A DNA stretch of 64,000 bases from Candidatus Sumerlaeaceae bacterium. Lineage in GTDB: Bacteria > Sumerlaeota > Sumerlaeia > Sumerlaeales > Sumerlaeaceae. Numbering within the stretch: position 1 is the first letter of the stretch; every line of letters starts with the position of its first letter. A model generated the notes under the pieces. That model was not told the DNA's origin. It saw only the letters and a program-made list of their open reading frames with translations, and searched no databases. Shown here in pieces: positions 50,932 to 60,193 of the stretch. Location: NCBI GenBank assembly GCA_049968255.1, contig JBMFRB010000001.1:96001-160000 (forward strand), given 5' to 3'. A program made the translations under genes and the position numbers.

Positions 50932-52146
50932 TTATGCCTTTCCAATCGCTTGACGAAATGAATCTGCTCGAGCGGAGAGCGCCACAATGATGATGCCGGC
51001 GAGCATCACGGCCATAGCTGTTGCGAAGGCAACTGAGGGGCCGACAGTAGCCCAAAGCGCCCCAACAGCAAGGCTGCTGACGAGATCGCCCGTGCCCGTG
51101 GTGATGGCCAACGCGCCGTAGGCACTACCGCGGCGCGCGTCGCCGACGAGGTCTGCCACAATCGTATCCTCAACTGTCTCGTAGAGCCCGACCGCTATAC
51201 CGCCTAAGGCAAAGAGAGTCACGAGGGCAGGCAAACCGGTGAAGTGAACGACCATGATTCCTGCTGCGGCGGCAGCACACAAATAACCGATGACGAGGAG
51301 AATTCGCCGATTGATGTGATCGGACAGCCATCCACCTCCGTAAGACATGGCCGCATAGGTGACGTTATGGAGCGTGTAGAGCACGACGCTTAGCTCAGCG
51401 GCTTTCTGCGCGCCTAGCGACGGTTTGAGCACTGATACGGCGTAGAGGATATAGAATGTGTCCGCGAAGTCTCCTAATCCGAAGATGCCGACGCCAACGA
51501 GAAAGCGATAAAAACGAGCAGGAAGTCCTCCGAGACTCGTCAGCAATGGGCGCCGTACGGGCTCCTTCTCTGGTCGTTCGCGCACCAAAACCGTGATGCA
51601 CAAGGCAGCCAATAAGCCGGGAATCATGCTGAGAGCGATAATGTGGCGATGGGCTAATCCGAGATCTAAAAGGCCGAGGACGATGAGGGGGGCCACAATC
51701 GCTCCCGTGGTGTCCATGGCGCGTTCGAGGCCGAAGGCGCGCCCGTAAAATTCCGGGGCGACTGCGTCGGCGAGCAGCGCTTTGCGCGCTGGCGTACGCA
51801 AACCGCGGCTCACCCAGGCGAGAGTACGGCCGACGATCACCCAAAGGGGAGAGAGAGCAGCCGCGATAACGAGCGGGGAAAACCCCATGACCGCATAGCC
51901 GGTGGCACACAGTGGTTTGCGACGGCGAAGACGATCCGCCAACCATCCACCATAAAACTTCGCCACCATCGAGGCGCCGTCGGCGATCCCCTCGACGGCG
52001 CCTAGCACTGCTGCCGCAGCGCCAAAAGTGGCGAGGTAAGCGGGGAGAACACTTGTAACCGTTTCGTGGCTAAGATCGCTGAAAAAAGAGGCCAGACCAA
52101 TGCCGAGAACGGTCGAATTAAGCCAACGCTGGGTTTTGCCACTCAT
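50932..52146 (-). CDS. MFS transporter
   Basis: Multi-TM protein; GWLADRLRRRK, RGLRTPARKALLAD, GRAFGLERAMDT. Confidence 0.9.
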   Translation of the reverse strand: MSGKTQRWLNSTVLGIGLASFFSDLSHETVTSVLPAYLATFGAAAAVLGAVEGIADGASMVAKFYGGWLADRLRRRKPLCATGYAVMGFSPLVIAAALSPLWVIVGRTLAWVSRGLRTPARKALLADAVAPEFYGRAFGLERAMDTTGAIVAPLIVLGLLDLGLAHRHIIALSMIPGLLAALCITVLVRERPEKEPVRRPLLTSLGGLPARFYRFLVGVGIFGLGDFADTFYILYAVSVLKPSLGAQKAAELSVVLYTLHNVTYAAMSYGGGWLSDHINRRILLVIGYLCAAAAAGIMVVHFTGLPALVTLFALGGIAVGLYETVEDTIVADLVGDARRGSAYGALAITTGTGDLVSSLAVGALWATVGPSVAFATAMAVMLAGIIIVALSARADSFRQAIGKA

Positions 52147-52365
52147 AGCCCAAAACATCCTTTTTTGTTGTGTGATGTGGCTAGATGGAACAAACAGCAG
52201 TTCTTCTGCAATTCCTGATTCCAGGCATGCGCACAACAGACGTGGTTTGCTAAAACATTCTTGGTAGAAAACAGCCAAACAGTCCTGTGAACTCCGTTGG
52301 ATCTGCTAAGAGTGGTTGTTGGAGGAAACACCTTCTCCTACTCACACAGCTTTGTTCTACGAGGA

Positions 52366-52479
52366 GAAGTCATCAGTTCCCACGCGCGGGGCTATTCTAT
52401 AAAGCCATTCGTCTTTTTCTGCTGCGCAATACATCAGTCCCGACGCGCGGGGCGATTCTACGGCAGACTTCATTGGCGT
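52366..52479 (-). ncRNA. Fluoride (crcB) riboswitch-like element with an internal duplication, possibly degenerate
   Basis: The minus strand reads ACGCCA-ATGAAGTC-TGCCGT (P1 with one C-C mismatch) and then CTGATGACTTCT. This gives the GAAGTC/GACTTC pseudoknot pairing typical of the fluoride aptamer. It sits at the head of an operon ending in crcB. Confidence 0.65.
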
Positions 52480-52641
52480 TGAGCGCCTAAATCTAGCAGC
52501 TGGTTGGGAACTACTCAAAACTATGGAAAGCGATGCGGCGTGTCGTTGAGGCTTGAACAGCGGCGTAGCGAGCGCCAGGAATAACCCAGCAGGCGAAGAG
52601 AAACCACTGCTTGCTAACTAAAAATCAAGGAGGGGCAGCAG

Positions 52642-53844
52642 ATGCAGGACGACGTTCAGAAAGCGTTTGAACAGCAGGTCCAGGCGAGCGGCGGCGCCCC
52701 CTCGGGAACGCCAGGTGGTGGGCTCACTGGCATGCAACTGCTGGAAAAACTGGTGCAGGTGTTAGAACTCAAGGGGGGATCCGATGTCCATCTGGTGGAG
52801 GGTGAAGCTCCGCGGGTGCGCATTCACGGCGATCTGATTCCCATCGTTTCCAAGGAACATCCGGTGGTAACACGCGAGGACATCATGGATATCCTCAATC
52901 GGTCGCTGGCGCCAGATCAACGCCGACAATTCGAGGAAACATCGGACGTCGATTTTTCGCTTGCCTTTCGCAACGCCACGGGACGCGTAAATGTGGGCTA
53001 CGCGAACGGGCGGCGCCTACATCTCGTCATGCGTTATTTGCCGAGCAAGATCATTCCTCTCGACGAGTTGGGAATTGATCCAGTCATGCTGCGAAAACTT
53101 GCAGACACAGAGCGCGGCATTGTCCTGGTAGCCGGCCAAACCAGCTCGGGAAAAACAACCACGATTGCGGCGATGCTCGATTACATCAACCGCACTCGCT
53201 ATGGTTCAATCTCCACGATTGAGAATCCTGTGGAATACATGATCCCGAGCCAAAAGTGCTTGGTGACACGCCGCGAAATCGGACGCGATACGCCAGATTT
53301 TTTCCACGCGTTGCGCGCCAGCGTGCGAAAGAATCCTGATGTCTTGCTCATCGGCGAAATTCGCGATGCGGAAACCGCGGAAATTGCTCTAAGTGCAGCT
53401 GAAACCGGTATCCATACTTTTGGGACAATCCATGCCGTCGGTGCCGTGCCTGCGATCACGCGTCTGCAGCACGTAGTAGGAGCCACCGGAAGAGAGGAAG
53501 AAGAATTCTATAACCGCTTGGCGCAAACCTTGCGTGGCATCATCAGCCAGCAATTGGTCAAAGCTGCGGATAGCACGGGACTTGTGCCCATTTATGAGAT
53601 TCTCAACATCACCTACACAGAGAAAATGTACCTTATCCAGCGCGACTTGGCGCGATTGGAGCAGAGCCTGGAAGCCGATCACAATATCTCGATGGGTCAT
53701 TGCATTTATAAACTCTGGCACCAAAAGCCGCGTCGCATTGACGAGGAAACTATCCGCAGACTATATCCAGATCAGTTCAGCCTCATGATGAACCGTTTGT
53801 CGGATGCGCGGGGATGGAAACCTCTGGTAAGCACAGTCGGCTGA
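52642..53844 (+). CDS. PilT/PilU-family secretion ATPase (divergent)
   Basis: GSDVHL..PRVRIHG, GQTSSGKTTT, TIENPVE, PDVLLIGEIRD, AAETG..GTIH. Confidence 0.85.
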   Translation: MQDDVQKAFEQQVQASGGAPSGTPGGGLTGMQLLEKLVQVLELKGGSDVHLVEGEAPRVRIHGDLIPIVSKEHPVVTREDIMDILNRSLAPDQRRQFEETSDVDFSLAFRNATGRVNVGYANGRRLHLVMRYLPSKIIPLDELGIDPVMLRKLADTERGIVLVAGQTSSGKTTTIAAMLDYINRTRYGSISTIENPVEYMIPSQKCLVTRREIGRDTPDFFHALRASVRKNPDVLLIGEIRDAETAEIALSAAETGIHTFGTIHAVGAVPAITRLQHVVGATGREEEEFYNRLAQTLRGIISQQLVKAADSTGLVPIYEILNITYTEKMYLIQRDLARLEQSLEADHNISMGHCIYKLWHQKPRRIDEETIRRLYPDQFSLMMNRLSDARGWKPLVSTVG

Positions 53845-53958
53845 GTCATCGAGCTCGCCAAAAACCCGAGGTCGGCAACTTGAGGAGCAGCTTGTCGTGA
53901 GCCCAATAAGGCTTCGCATGTTCTACGAGTGATCAGAGCAAGGCCTCAAACCTAGGGC

Positions 53959-55590
53959 TTAGGCTCTCCTTGTGTTTGGGCGCGGGGTTTTAATTCCGTG
54001 AAAGCACAACTCGAGATGAAAGCGCGCAGGAGGGCGCGTGACAAGTGAAACGACCACCGCAGTGATGGCAGAAAGGGGCAGGGCGATGATTTGCGCATCC
54101 ATACCGCTCCAGGGAAGGCCCAGTAATGTCTCCTTGCCGAACAGGAGTGTGCATAGCCCTAGCCCTGCTGCACTCTTTTCCTGCACAAAGGTGAGCCATG
54201 CAAGCGACACAAGCGAGCCGACCAGCATGCTGGCAATGGCACCGGCTCGCGTCATCCGATGCCAGAACAACGCACCCACATAGGCCGGGAGAAAGGTCGC
54301 TCCGCACAAACCAAAAAATACCGCTGTCGCCTGCGCAATGATGCTGCCTGGCAGTATGAATGCCAACACCACCGTGATAAGCAGCGCCACCACAATGCCC
54401 AACCGCGTGACCAAAACCGTTCGCTGATGCCCAGCGGGCGAAAGTTTAAGTGTTTGCTCCCACAGATCACGTCCGATGGCTGTGCCAATCGTGTGAAACT
54501 GTGACGACATCGTGGACATCGCCGCCGATAAGAGTGTCAGCAAGAAGATGATCAAAAACCAGTCTGGCATGAACATCGTAATGAACAACGGTATGATAGC
54601 GTCAATGTTTCCATTGGGAGCCGCCGCGATGGCTACCTTGCCGATCTTGTTCATGAAGTACACGTTGGACAACGCACCTACGATGTACGCTACGCCAGCG
54701 GTCATGAAAATGAAAAATGCTCCCACACCTACGCCGCGGTTGAGCTCGCGGTTGGAATTCACGGTCATGAAACGCACGGCAAGTTGTGGCTGGGCAAGCA
54801 CGCCAATACCTACGCCCATGACGATGGTTGTGATAACGAGATACCAGAGCTTGGATCCGAACACAGGCATCGCTGTCCAACTGACAATGCCGCCAGCCTT
54901 GAGCTTCTCAGGGATGTGAGGAGCCAAATCTGTAAGCGCTTGATGCGCGGGAACAATTCCTCCGAGCCCTGCATAGACAGAAACAAGAAGAATGCCCATT
55001 CCCACGAGCATGATGGCCCCCTGAAAAGCGTCCGTGTACATCACACCTTTCAGCCCACCAGCAATGACATATGCAGCCACGACTAGCGAGAAGATGGTGA
55101 CCGCAACTTCATAAGAAATGTGGAAAGACTGCTCGATGAAGCGCGCGCCACCGATCAGGACAGCAGCCGCATAGAGAGGCATGAAAAGAAAGATGAGCAA
55201 TGCCGAGTACGCATGAATAAAGCGCGACTGGTAGCGCCGGCCGAGCAGCTCGGGAAAAGTATGGACACCAAGGTTATGGCTGAGAGGCCGGACTCTTTTG
55301 CCGAAAATGAGAAACGCCACGGCAATCCCTAGGAAGATATTGAGAAAAGGAAGCCAGAGGAGACTGAGGCCGAATGCAGCCGCAGCGCCGCCGAATCCGA
55401 CAATGGCTGACGTGGAGATGAAGGTCGAGCCGTAGCTAAGAGCCATGATGAGAGGATGGGTCTTACGGCCCGCCACGAGAAAATCGGTGGCGGTATGAGT
55501 TTCGAGATAAGCTTTTATACCGAGATAGACTGTTGCCGAAAGATAGACAAGAGCCGCCAGCGTTAGGAGAACGATGTTCGAGTGATCCAT
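53959..55590 (-). CDS. Sodium:solute symporter family protein
   Basis: DFLVAGR, ALSYGSTFISTSAIVGFGG, GGLKGVMYTD, QPQLAVRF, SAAMST. Confidence 0.92.
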   Translation of the reverse strand: MDHSNIVLLTLAALVYLSATVYLGIKAYLETHTATDFLVAGRKTHPLIMALSYGSTFISTSAIVGFGGAAAAFGLSLLWLPFLNIFLGIAVAFLIFGKRVRPLSHNLGVHTFPELLGRRYQSRFIHAYSALLIFLFMPLYAAAVLIGGARFIEQSFHISYEVAVTIFSLVVAAYVIAGGLKGVMYTDAFQGAIMLVGMGILLVSVYAGLGGIVPAHQALTDLAPHIPEKLKAGGIVSWTAMPVFGSKLWYLVITTIVMGVGIGVLAQPQLAVRFMTVNSNRELNRGVGVGAFFIFMTAGVAYIVGALSNVYFMNKIGKVAIAAAPNGNIDAIIPLFITMFMPDWFLIIFLLTLLSAAMSTMSSQFHTIGTAIGRDLWEQTLKLSPAGHQRTVLVTRLGIVVALLITVVLAFILPGSIIAQATAVFFGLCGATFLPAYVGALFWHRMTRAGAIASMLVGSLVSLAWLTFVQEKSAAGLGLCTLLFGKETLLGLPWSGMDAQIIALPLSAITAVVVSLVTRPPARFHLELCFHGIKTPRPNTRRA

Positions 55591-55606
55591 TGGTTTGCTT
55601 TCTCCC

Positions 55607-55786
55607 TCACCCCAAACTCTCTTCGATTTTTTCTTCTTCCTCAGCCCAGGCAAACTCCTCTTGGGGCGGAGGAAAAAGCTCCCCATCGCGATCCCAGTTG
55701 AGCCAACCGTAAATGAGACAGCCGATCGTCACAAGAATCGTCAAAACGTACGCGAGGAAAACCCAAAGATCCGCAAAACCAAGCAT
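55607..55786 (-). CDS. Small single-TM symporter accessory protein
   Basis: MLGFADLWVFLAYVLTILVTIGCLIYGWLNW, immediately upstream of the SSS gene. Confidence 0.8.
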   Translation of the reverse strand: MLGFADLWVFLAYVLTILVTIGCLIYGWLNWDRDGELFPPPQEEFAWAEEEEKIEESLG

Positions 55787-56004
55787 AGCACGTCTCCCGT
55801 ACCTCCACAAGGGAGGAAAATCGAAGCTAAGTTCGTAATGTGTGAACTTGCGGGAGTCAAATCAAATACTCATAGAGGAATGAACTCACACAAGGCGAGA
55901 GCACTCGCGATGAGATGACGGCTTGGCTAATGACGGCTGTGCGGAGCGGTAGCAATAGTGCCACAGCTCATCCCCACATGAGAATGAGGAAATACAGTTG
56001 GAAG

Positions 56005-56057
56005 AAATAATAGAAGAGCGGAGATGCAGCCGGCTTTTGCTGAGCTGCTCCTCCGCT
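56005..56057 (-). terminator. Putative terminator after rpsG
   Basis: Minus-strand stem AGCGGAG..GCAGC/GCTGC..CTCCGCT followed by CTTCTATTATTT. Confidence 0.55.
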
Positions 56058-56090
56058 ATAATTGCGCAGTGGGTTTGCCTTCGGTCTATA

Positions 56091-56567
56091 TTACCAACGA
56101 TAGTGAGCAAAGGCTTTGTTGGCTTCCGCCATGCGGTGCGTATCTTCCTTTTTCTTAATCGCAACGCCAGTGTTATTGAATGCGTCGAACAGTTCGTTGG
56201 CCAGTCGCTCCCGCATGGTTTTTTCGCTGCGATTTCGCGCCGCTTCAATGATCCATCGGATTGCAAGCGACACGCGACGCTCGGGTCGCACTTCAACCGG
56301 CACCTGATAGTTCGCACCACCGACTCGGCGCGATTTCACTTCAAGCACGGGTTTGACGTTCTCAACAGCTTGTGTGAAAAACTCCAACTCGTCCTGATTT
56401 TCACCCACGCGCTTCGCGCCTGCCTCGATGGCGCCATAGACAATTTTCTGGGCCACAGACTTCTTGCCGCGCTGCATAACGCAATTGATAAATTTGGACA
56501 CCAGCTCGCTGTTGTACTTGACGTCTGGCGGAATCACTCTTTTGACGGCTACGCGCTTGCGCGCCAT
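56091..56567 (-). CDS. rpsG: 30S ribosomal protein S7
   Basis: [56 protein letters not shown]. Confidence 0.97.
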   Translation of the reverse strand: MARKRVAVKRVIPPDVKYNSELVSKFINCVMQRGKKSVAQKIVYGAIEAGAKRVGENQDELEFFTQAVENVKPVLEVKSRRVGGANYQVPVEVRPERRVSLAIRWIIEAARNRSEKTMRERLANELFDAFNNTGVAIKKKEDTHRMAEANKAFAHYRW

Positions 56568-56615
56568 GGGCAACCAATCCTCCAGTGAAATTCTGCAGAA
56601 AAAACCGCTTTCGTG

Positions 56616-56643
56616 TTTATAGGGTTAGCGGCAGTTTATTCAA
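56616..56643 (-). promoter_or_regulatory. Possible sigma-70 promoter of rpsG
   Basis: TTGAAT-N16-TATAAA about 50 bp upstream of the ATG. Confidence 0.4.
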
Positions 56644-56740
56644 GCTGCGTTGCTAGCGAATTGTTGGCCTGTCGCCGAGGGGAAGGCTTAGCGATCCGTG
56701 GCAGCGCACACCGAGCTGCTTGCATGAGCAAGAAAACGTG

Positions 56741-57952
56741 ATGGAAGATCTAACAACAAGCAACAAAGCGGCGAGGGTGAGATGGTTCCGCCTTGCGGCA
56801 ATTGGGCTTTCTCTGGTCTTTTCGCTTCTGGTTCTTGAGATCACTGTTCGTGTCACCCTGGCAGCACGTCCCAACGACATTGAAGCACTCCGACGCTTCG
56901 AGCACGCCAAACGTACGGCCGGCGAACTGAAAATGATTCACTTTGTTCGGCTTAGCAAAAACCCGCGAATGATTTACGAAATGGTGCCCAATGTGAACGG
57001 CACATTCCACGAGGCACCGTTACGCACCAATTCGGCCGGCTTTGCCGACCGGGAGCGCCCGCTTAAAAAACCGAGGGACACTTTCCGGATCGCGGTCGTG
57101 GGCGATTCGATCGCCTTCGGCTGGGGCGTGGCACAGGAAGATCGTTACTCGGACCTTCTCGAACGTTTTCTCAACGAATCGACCACCACCGCCACACACT
57201 ATGAAGTTCTTAACTTTGGTATTCCCGGCTACAATACTGTTATGGAAGCAGCTCTGCTGCGCGACCGAGTGTTGGCCTATGATCCGGATTTGCTTGTGCT
57301 GGGCTATTGTGCCGACAACGACACAAGTTTGCCGAATTTCATCGTGAAACCGCGGCCGCTTCTCACGTTGACCCATTCCTATTTGTGGGATGTGATAAAG
57401 TCACGGTCGGTGAAGCCCGCGAAGATGGCGCTGGAAGGGGGGGTCGAGTACAGCGACCCGGCAAACATTCCACCAGAATACGAGTTTTTGGTTGGCTGGG
57501 CACATGCGGCGAACGCGCTGCGGGACATCGCCGAAGTCGCACGCCAGCGAAACATGCCGGTCGTGTTTCTGCGCGACTATTACTATCTTGAACCCTATCG
57601 GCAGGAAACCAGCGCGACGGTGGCGGACATTGGAGCTCCTGCCGACGCATTGGCACGCCAACTCGGGTTCGTTGTGGTGCGGCCGATCGAAGCCATGGTG
57701 AGGTTCCTAGACGCGCACAGCCTGCATTCGTTTGCCCTGAGCGTGGCTCCGGATAAGGGCGATGCCCATCCGAATCCCGTGCGACATGCTTTGTTGGCAC
57801 GTGAGCTTTATCAAGCTCTCGTGGAGAACCGCCTGCTGCCCGATGCGCAACAGCGCGATAAAAATAAGGAGGTGGACAAAGCACGCTGGGAGGCGATCGT
57901 CGAAGCTGCGTTGAAAAAAACTCGTATTGAGGCGGAAAACAGGCGGCGATGA
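56741..57952 (+). CDS. Membrane-anchored SGNH/GDSL hydrolase
   Basis: N-terminal TM helix; RIAVVGDSIAFGWG, NFGIPGYN, DAHPNPVRH. Confidence 0.85.
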   Translation: MEDLTTSNKAARVRWFRLAAIGLSLVFSLLVLEITVRVTLAARPNDIEALRRFEHAKRTAGELKMIHFVRLSKNPRMIYEMVPNVNGTFHEAPLRTNSAGFADRERPLKKPRDTFRIAVVGDSIAFGWGVAQEDRYSDLLERFLNESTTTATHYEVLNFGIPGYNTVMEAALLRDRVLAYDPDLLVLGYCADNDTSLPNFIVKPRPLLTLTHSYLWDVIKSRSVKPAKMALEGGVEYSDPANIPPEYEFLVGWAHAANALRDIAEVARQRNMPVVFLRDYYYLEPYRQETSATVADIGAPADALARQLGFVVVRPIEAMVRFLDAHSLHSFALSVAPDKGDAHPNPVRHALLARELYQALVENRLLPDAQQRDKNKEVDKARWEAIVEAALKKTRIEAENRRR

Positions 57953-58220
57953 GATGCGGCAAGGCCACCGCCTAGCATCGAAAGCCACTCAGTCCGGCGC
58001 ATTTCGGTTACAAGGCTGGCAGAGCCTGGAGAAATCGGGCTCTACATCGCGAAAACGACGGCTGGGTGGGCGAATTCCTTGCACGGTAAAGTCTTAGAGC
58101 AAGCGGAAGAAATTACTTGGCAGGCATGTTTTTTAGACATGTGATAGGGACAACCGTAAGGCAAGACTCTAGAGCTCGGTCCTGCACAGGGCCGCAGCGT
58201 AAAAGGAGTGCAACTGAGAG

Positions 58221-60047
58221 ATGGCAGCAAAGAATGCCCGGGTGATCGTAGTAGGCGGCGGCTTGGCCGGACTCATGACCACAATCAAACTGGCGGAAGC
58301 CGGAATGCCGGTGGATTTATTCTCTATTGTGCCGGTGAAGCGTTCGCATTCCGTGTGCGCCCAAGGTGGAATAAACGGAGCGAAGAATCTGAAGGGCGAG
58401 GGTGATTCGCCGGAGATTCATTTCGACGATACTGTGTACGGCGGGGATTTTTTGGCAAATCAGCCTCCTGTCCGCGGCATGTGCTACGCAGCGCCCGCTA
58501 TCATTGACCTGTTCGACCGTATGGGAGTGATGTTCAACCGCACTCCTGAGGGGTTGTTGGACTTCCGACGCTTTGGCGGCACGCTCTACCACCGCACAGC
58601 ATTTGCTGGCGCCACAACGGGACAACAGTTACTCTACGCTCTCGACGAGCAGGTTCGCCGCTGGGAAGATGCTGGCCTTGTGAAAAAATACGAGATGTGG
58701 GAGTTCCTGCGCGTTGTCGTTGACGACAGTGGGCGATGCCGCGGAATCGTGGCGGTGGACATCCGCAACTTGGAAGTTCGGCCATTTCGCGCCGATGCGG
58801 TAGTGCTGGCCACAGGCGGCCCTGGGCTGATTTTCGGTCGCTCGACCAATTCGATGATCAACACCGGCGCGGCGAATTCTCGCGCATATCAGCAAGGGGC
58901 GATCTATGCAAACGGCGAGTTTATTCAGGTTCACCCCACAGCGATCCCGGGCGAGGACAAGCTGCGCCTCATGAGTGAGTCGGCCCGTGGCGAAGGAGGC
59001 CGCGTCTGGGTTTGGGGCGACTCGAACAAAGTCTACCGCAATCCGTTCATTCGCGACGCGCATGGCAATCCTAAAGAATTCCGATGTGGCGAGACTGGCA
59101 AACCTTGGTATTTCCTGGAGGACATGTATCCGAAATACGGCAACCTCGTGCCGCGCGATGTGGCCACGCGCGAAATTTTCATGGTCTGCGTGCACCTCAA
59201 GATGGGGATTGACGGCCAGAACAAAGTTTATCTGGACCTCACGCACATTGACCGCGAAGAACTAGAGCGCAAGCTGGGGGGAATTCTTGAAATCTATCGT
59301 AAATTCGTGGGGGTCGACCCCGCAGAGAAACCGATGGAGATTTTCCCCGCTGTGCACTACTCGATGGGTGGGTTGTGGTGCGACTACAACCAAATGACGA
59401 ATATCCCCGGCCTTTACGTGTGCGGGGAGGCAGACTTTCAGTATCATGGCGCAAACCGCTTAGGCGCAAATTCGTTGCTGTCATGCATCTACGCCGGAAT
59501 GGTCGCAGGCCCGCACATCGTCAGCTATGTGAAGTCGCTGAGCAAAGGAGCGCAAGACGTCCCATCGAGCGTATTCGAGGCTGAGCAGCGCAAAGAGGAG
59601 CAAGACATTGCTGCAATCCTAAAGATGAGCGGAAGTGAGAACGCGTTTGCGCTGTGGCGGGAAATGGGGCAATGGATGAACGAAAATGTCACGATCGTGC
59701 GCTACAACGAGAAACTTGAGGAGACCGACAAGAAGCTTTGCGAATTGCTTGATCGTTGGAAACATGTTGATGTGAACGACACCAACCGCACGTTGAACAC
59801 AAGCGTGCTTTTCACAAAGCAATTGCGCGACATGCTGCACTTGGCTCGCTGCATCACGCTTGGAGCCTTGGCACGCAACGAGAGCCGCGGGGCACACTAC
59901 AAGCCTGAATTCCCAGATCGCGACGACAAAAACTGGCTCAAGACGACTAAGGCGACATTCACTCCTGATGGGCCTAAGTTTGATTACGAGCCCGTGGATG
60001 TTAGCCTGATCCCGCCGCGCCCGCGTGTGTACGCCAACGCTAGTTGA
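58221..60047 (+). CDS. sdhA: Succinate dehydrogenase flavoprotein subunit
   Basis: VVGGGLAGL, RSHSVCAQGGIN (FAD-binding His), FIQVHPT, SESARGEGG, HGANRLGANSL, ESRGAH. Confidence 0.95.
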   Translation: MAAKNARVIVVGGGLAGLMTTIKLAEAGMPVDLFSIVPVKRSHSVCAQGGINGAKNLKGEGDSPEIHFDDTVYGGDFLANQPPVRGMCYAAPAIIDLFDRMGVMFNRTPEGLLDFRRFGGTLYHRTAFAGATTGQQLLYALDEQVRRWEDAGLVKKYEMWEFLRVVVDDSGRCRGIVAVDIRNLEVRPFRADAVVLATGGPGLIFGRSTNSMINTGAANSRAYQQGAIYANGEFIQVHPTAIPGEDKLRLMSESARGEGGRVWVWGDSNKVYRNPFIRDAHGNPKEFRCGETGKPWYFLEDMYPKYGNLVPRDVATREIFMVCVHLKMGIDGQNKVYLDLTHIDREELERKLGGILEIYRKFVGVDPAEKPMEIFPAVHYSMGGLWCDYNQMTNIPGLYVCGEADFQYHGANRLGANSLLSCIYAGMVAGPHIVSYVKSLSKGAQDVPSSVFEAEQRKEEQDIAAILKMSGSENAFALWREMGQWMNENVTIVRYNEKLEETDKKLCELLDRWKHVDVNDTNRTLNTSVLFTKQLRDMLHLARCITLGALARNESRGAHYKPEFPDRDDKNWLKTTKATFTPDGPKFDYEPVDVSLIPPRPRVYANAS

Positions 60048-60108
60048 ATCCGTCTTGGGGTGAGACTCGCTTCGGAAACAACGCCGCGATTGAGCTGGTG
60101 TAAAACAT

Positions 60109-60150
60109 TCCCCTCCCTGGTCTGGCAAAGACCATGGAGGGGATTTCTCT
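60109..60150. terminator. Hairpin between convergent sdhA and the isocitrate/isopropylmalate dehydrogenase gene
   Basis: TCCCCTCC.TGGTCT/AGACCA.GGAGGGGA stem followed by TTTCTCT. Confidence 0.55.
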
Positions 60151-60193
60151 GAGGGCAGAAGGAAGTGAATACGCTGCTTCAGGCACTGAGGCA

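Noticed and set aside
52371-52460. 29-bp direct repeats as a mini CRISPR array
   Set aside because: There are only two imperfect copies and no cas genes, and the unit matches part of a fluoride aptamer.
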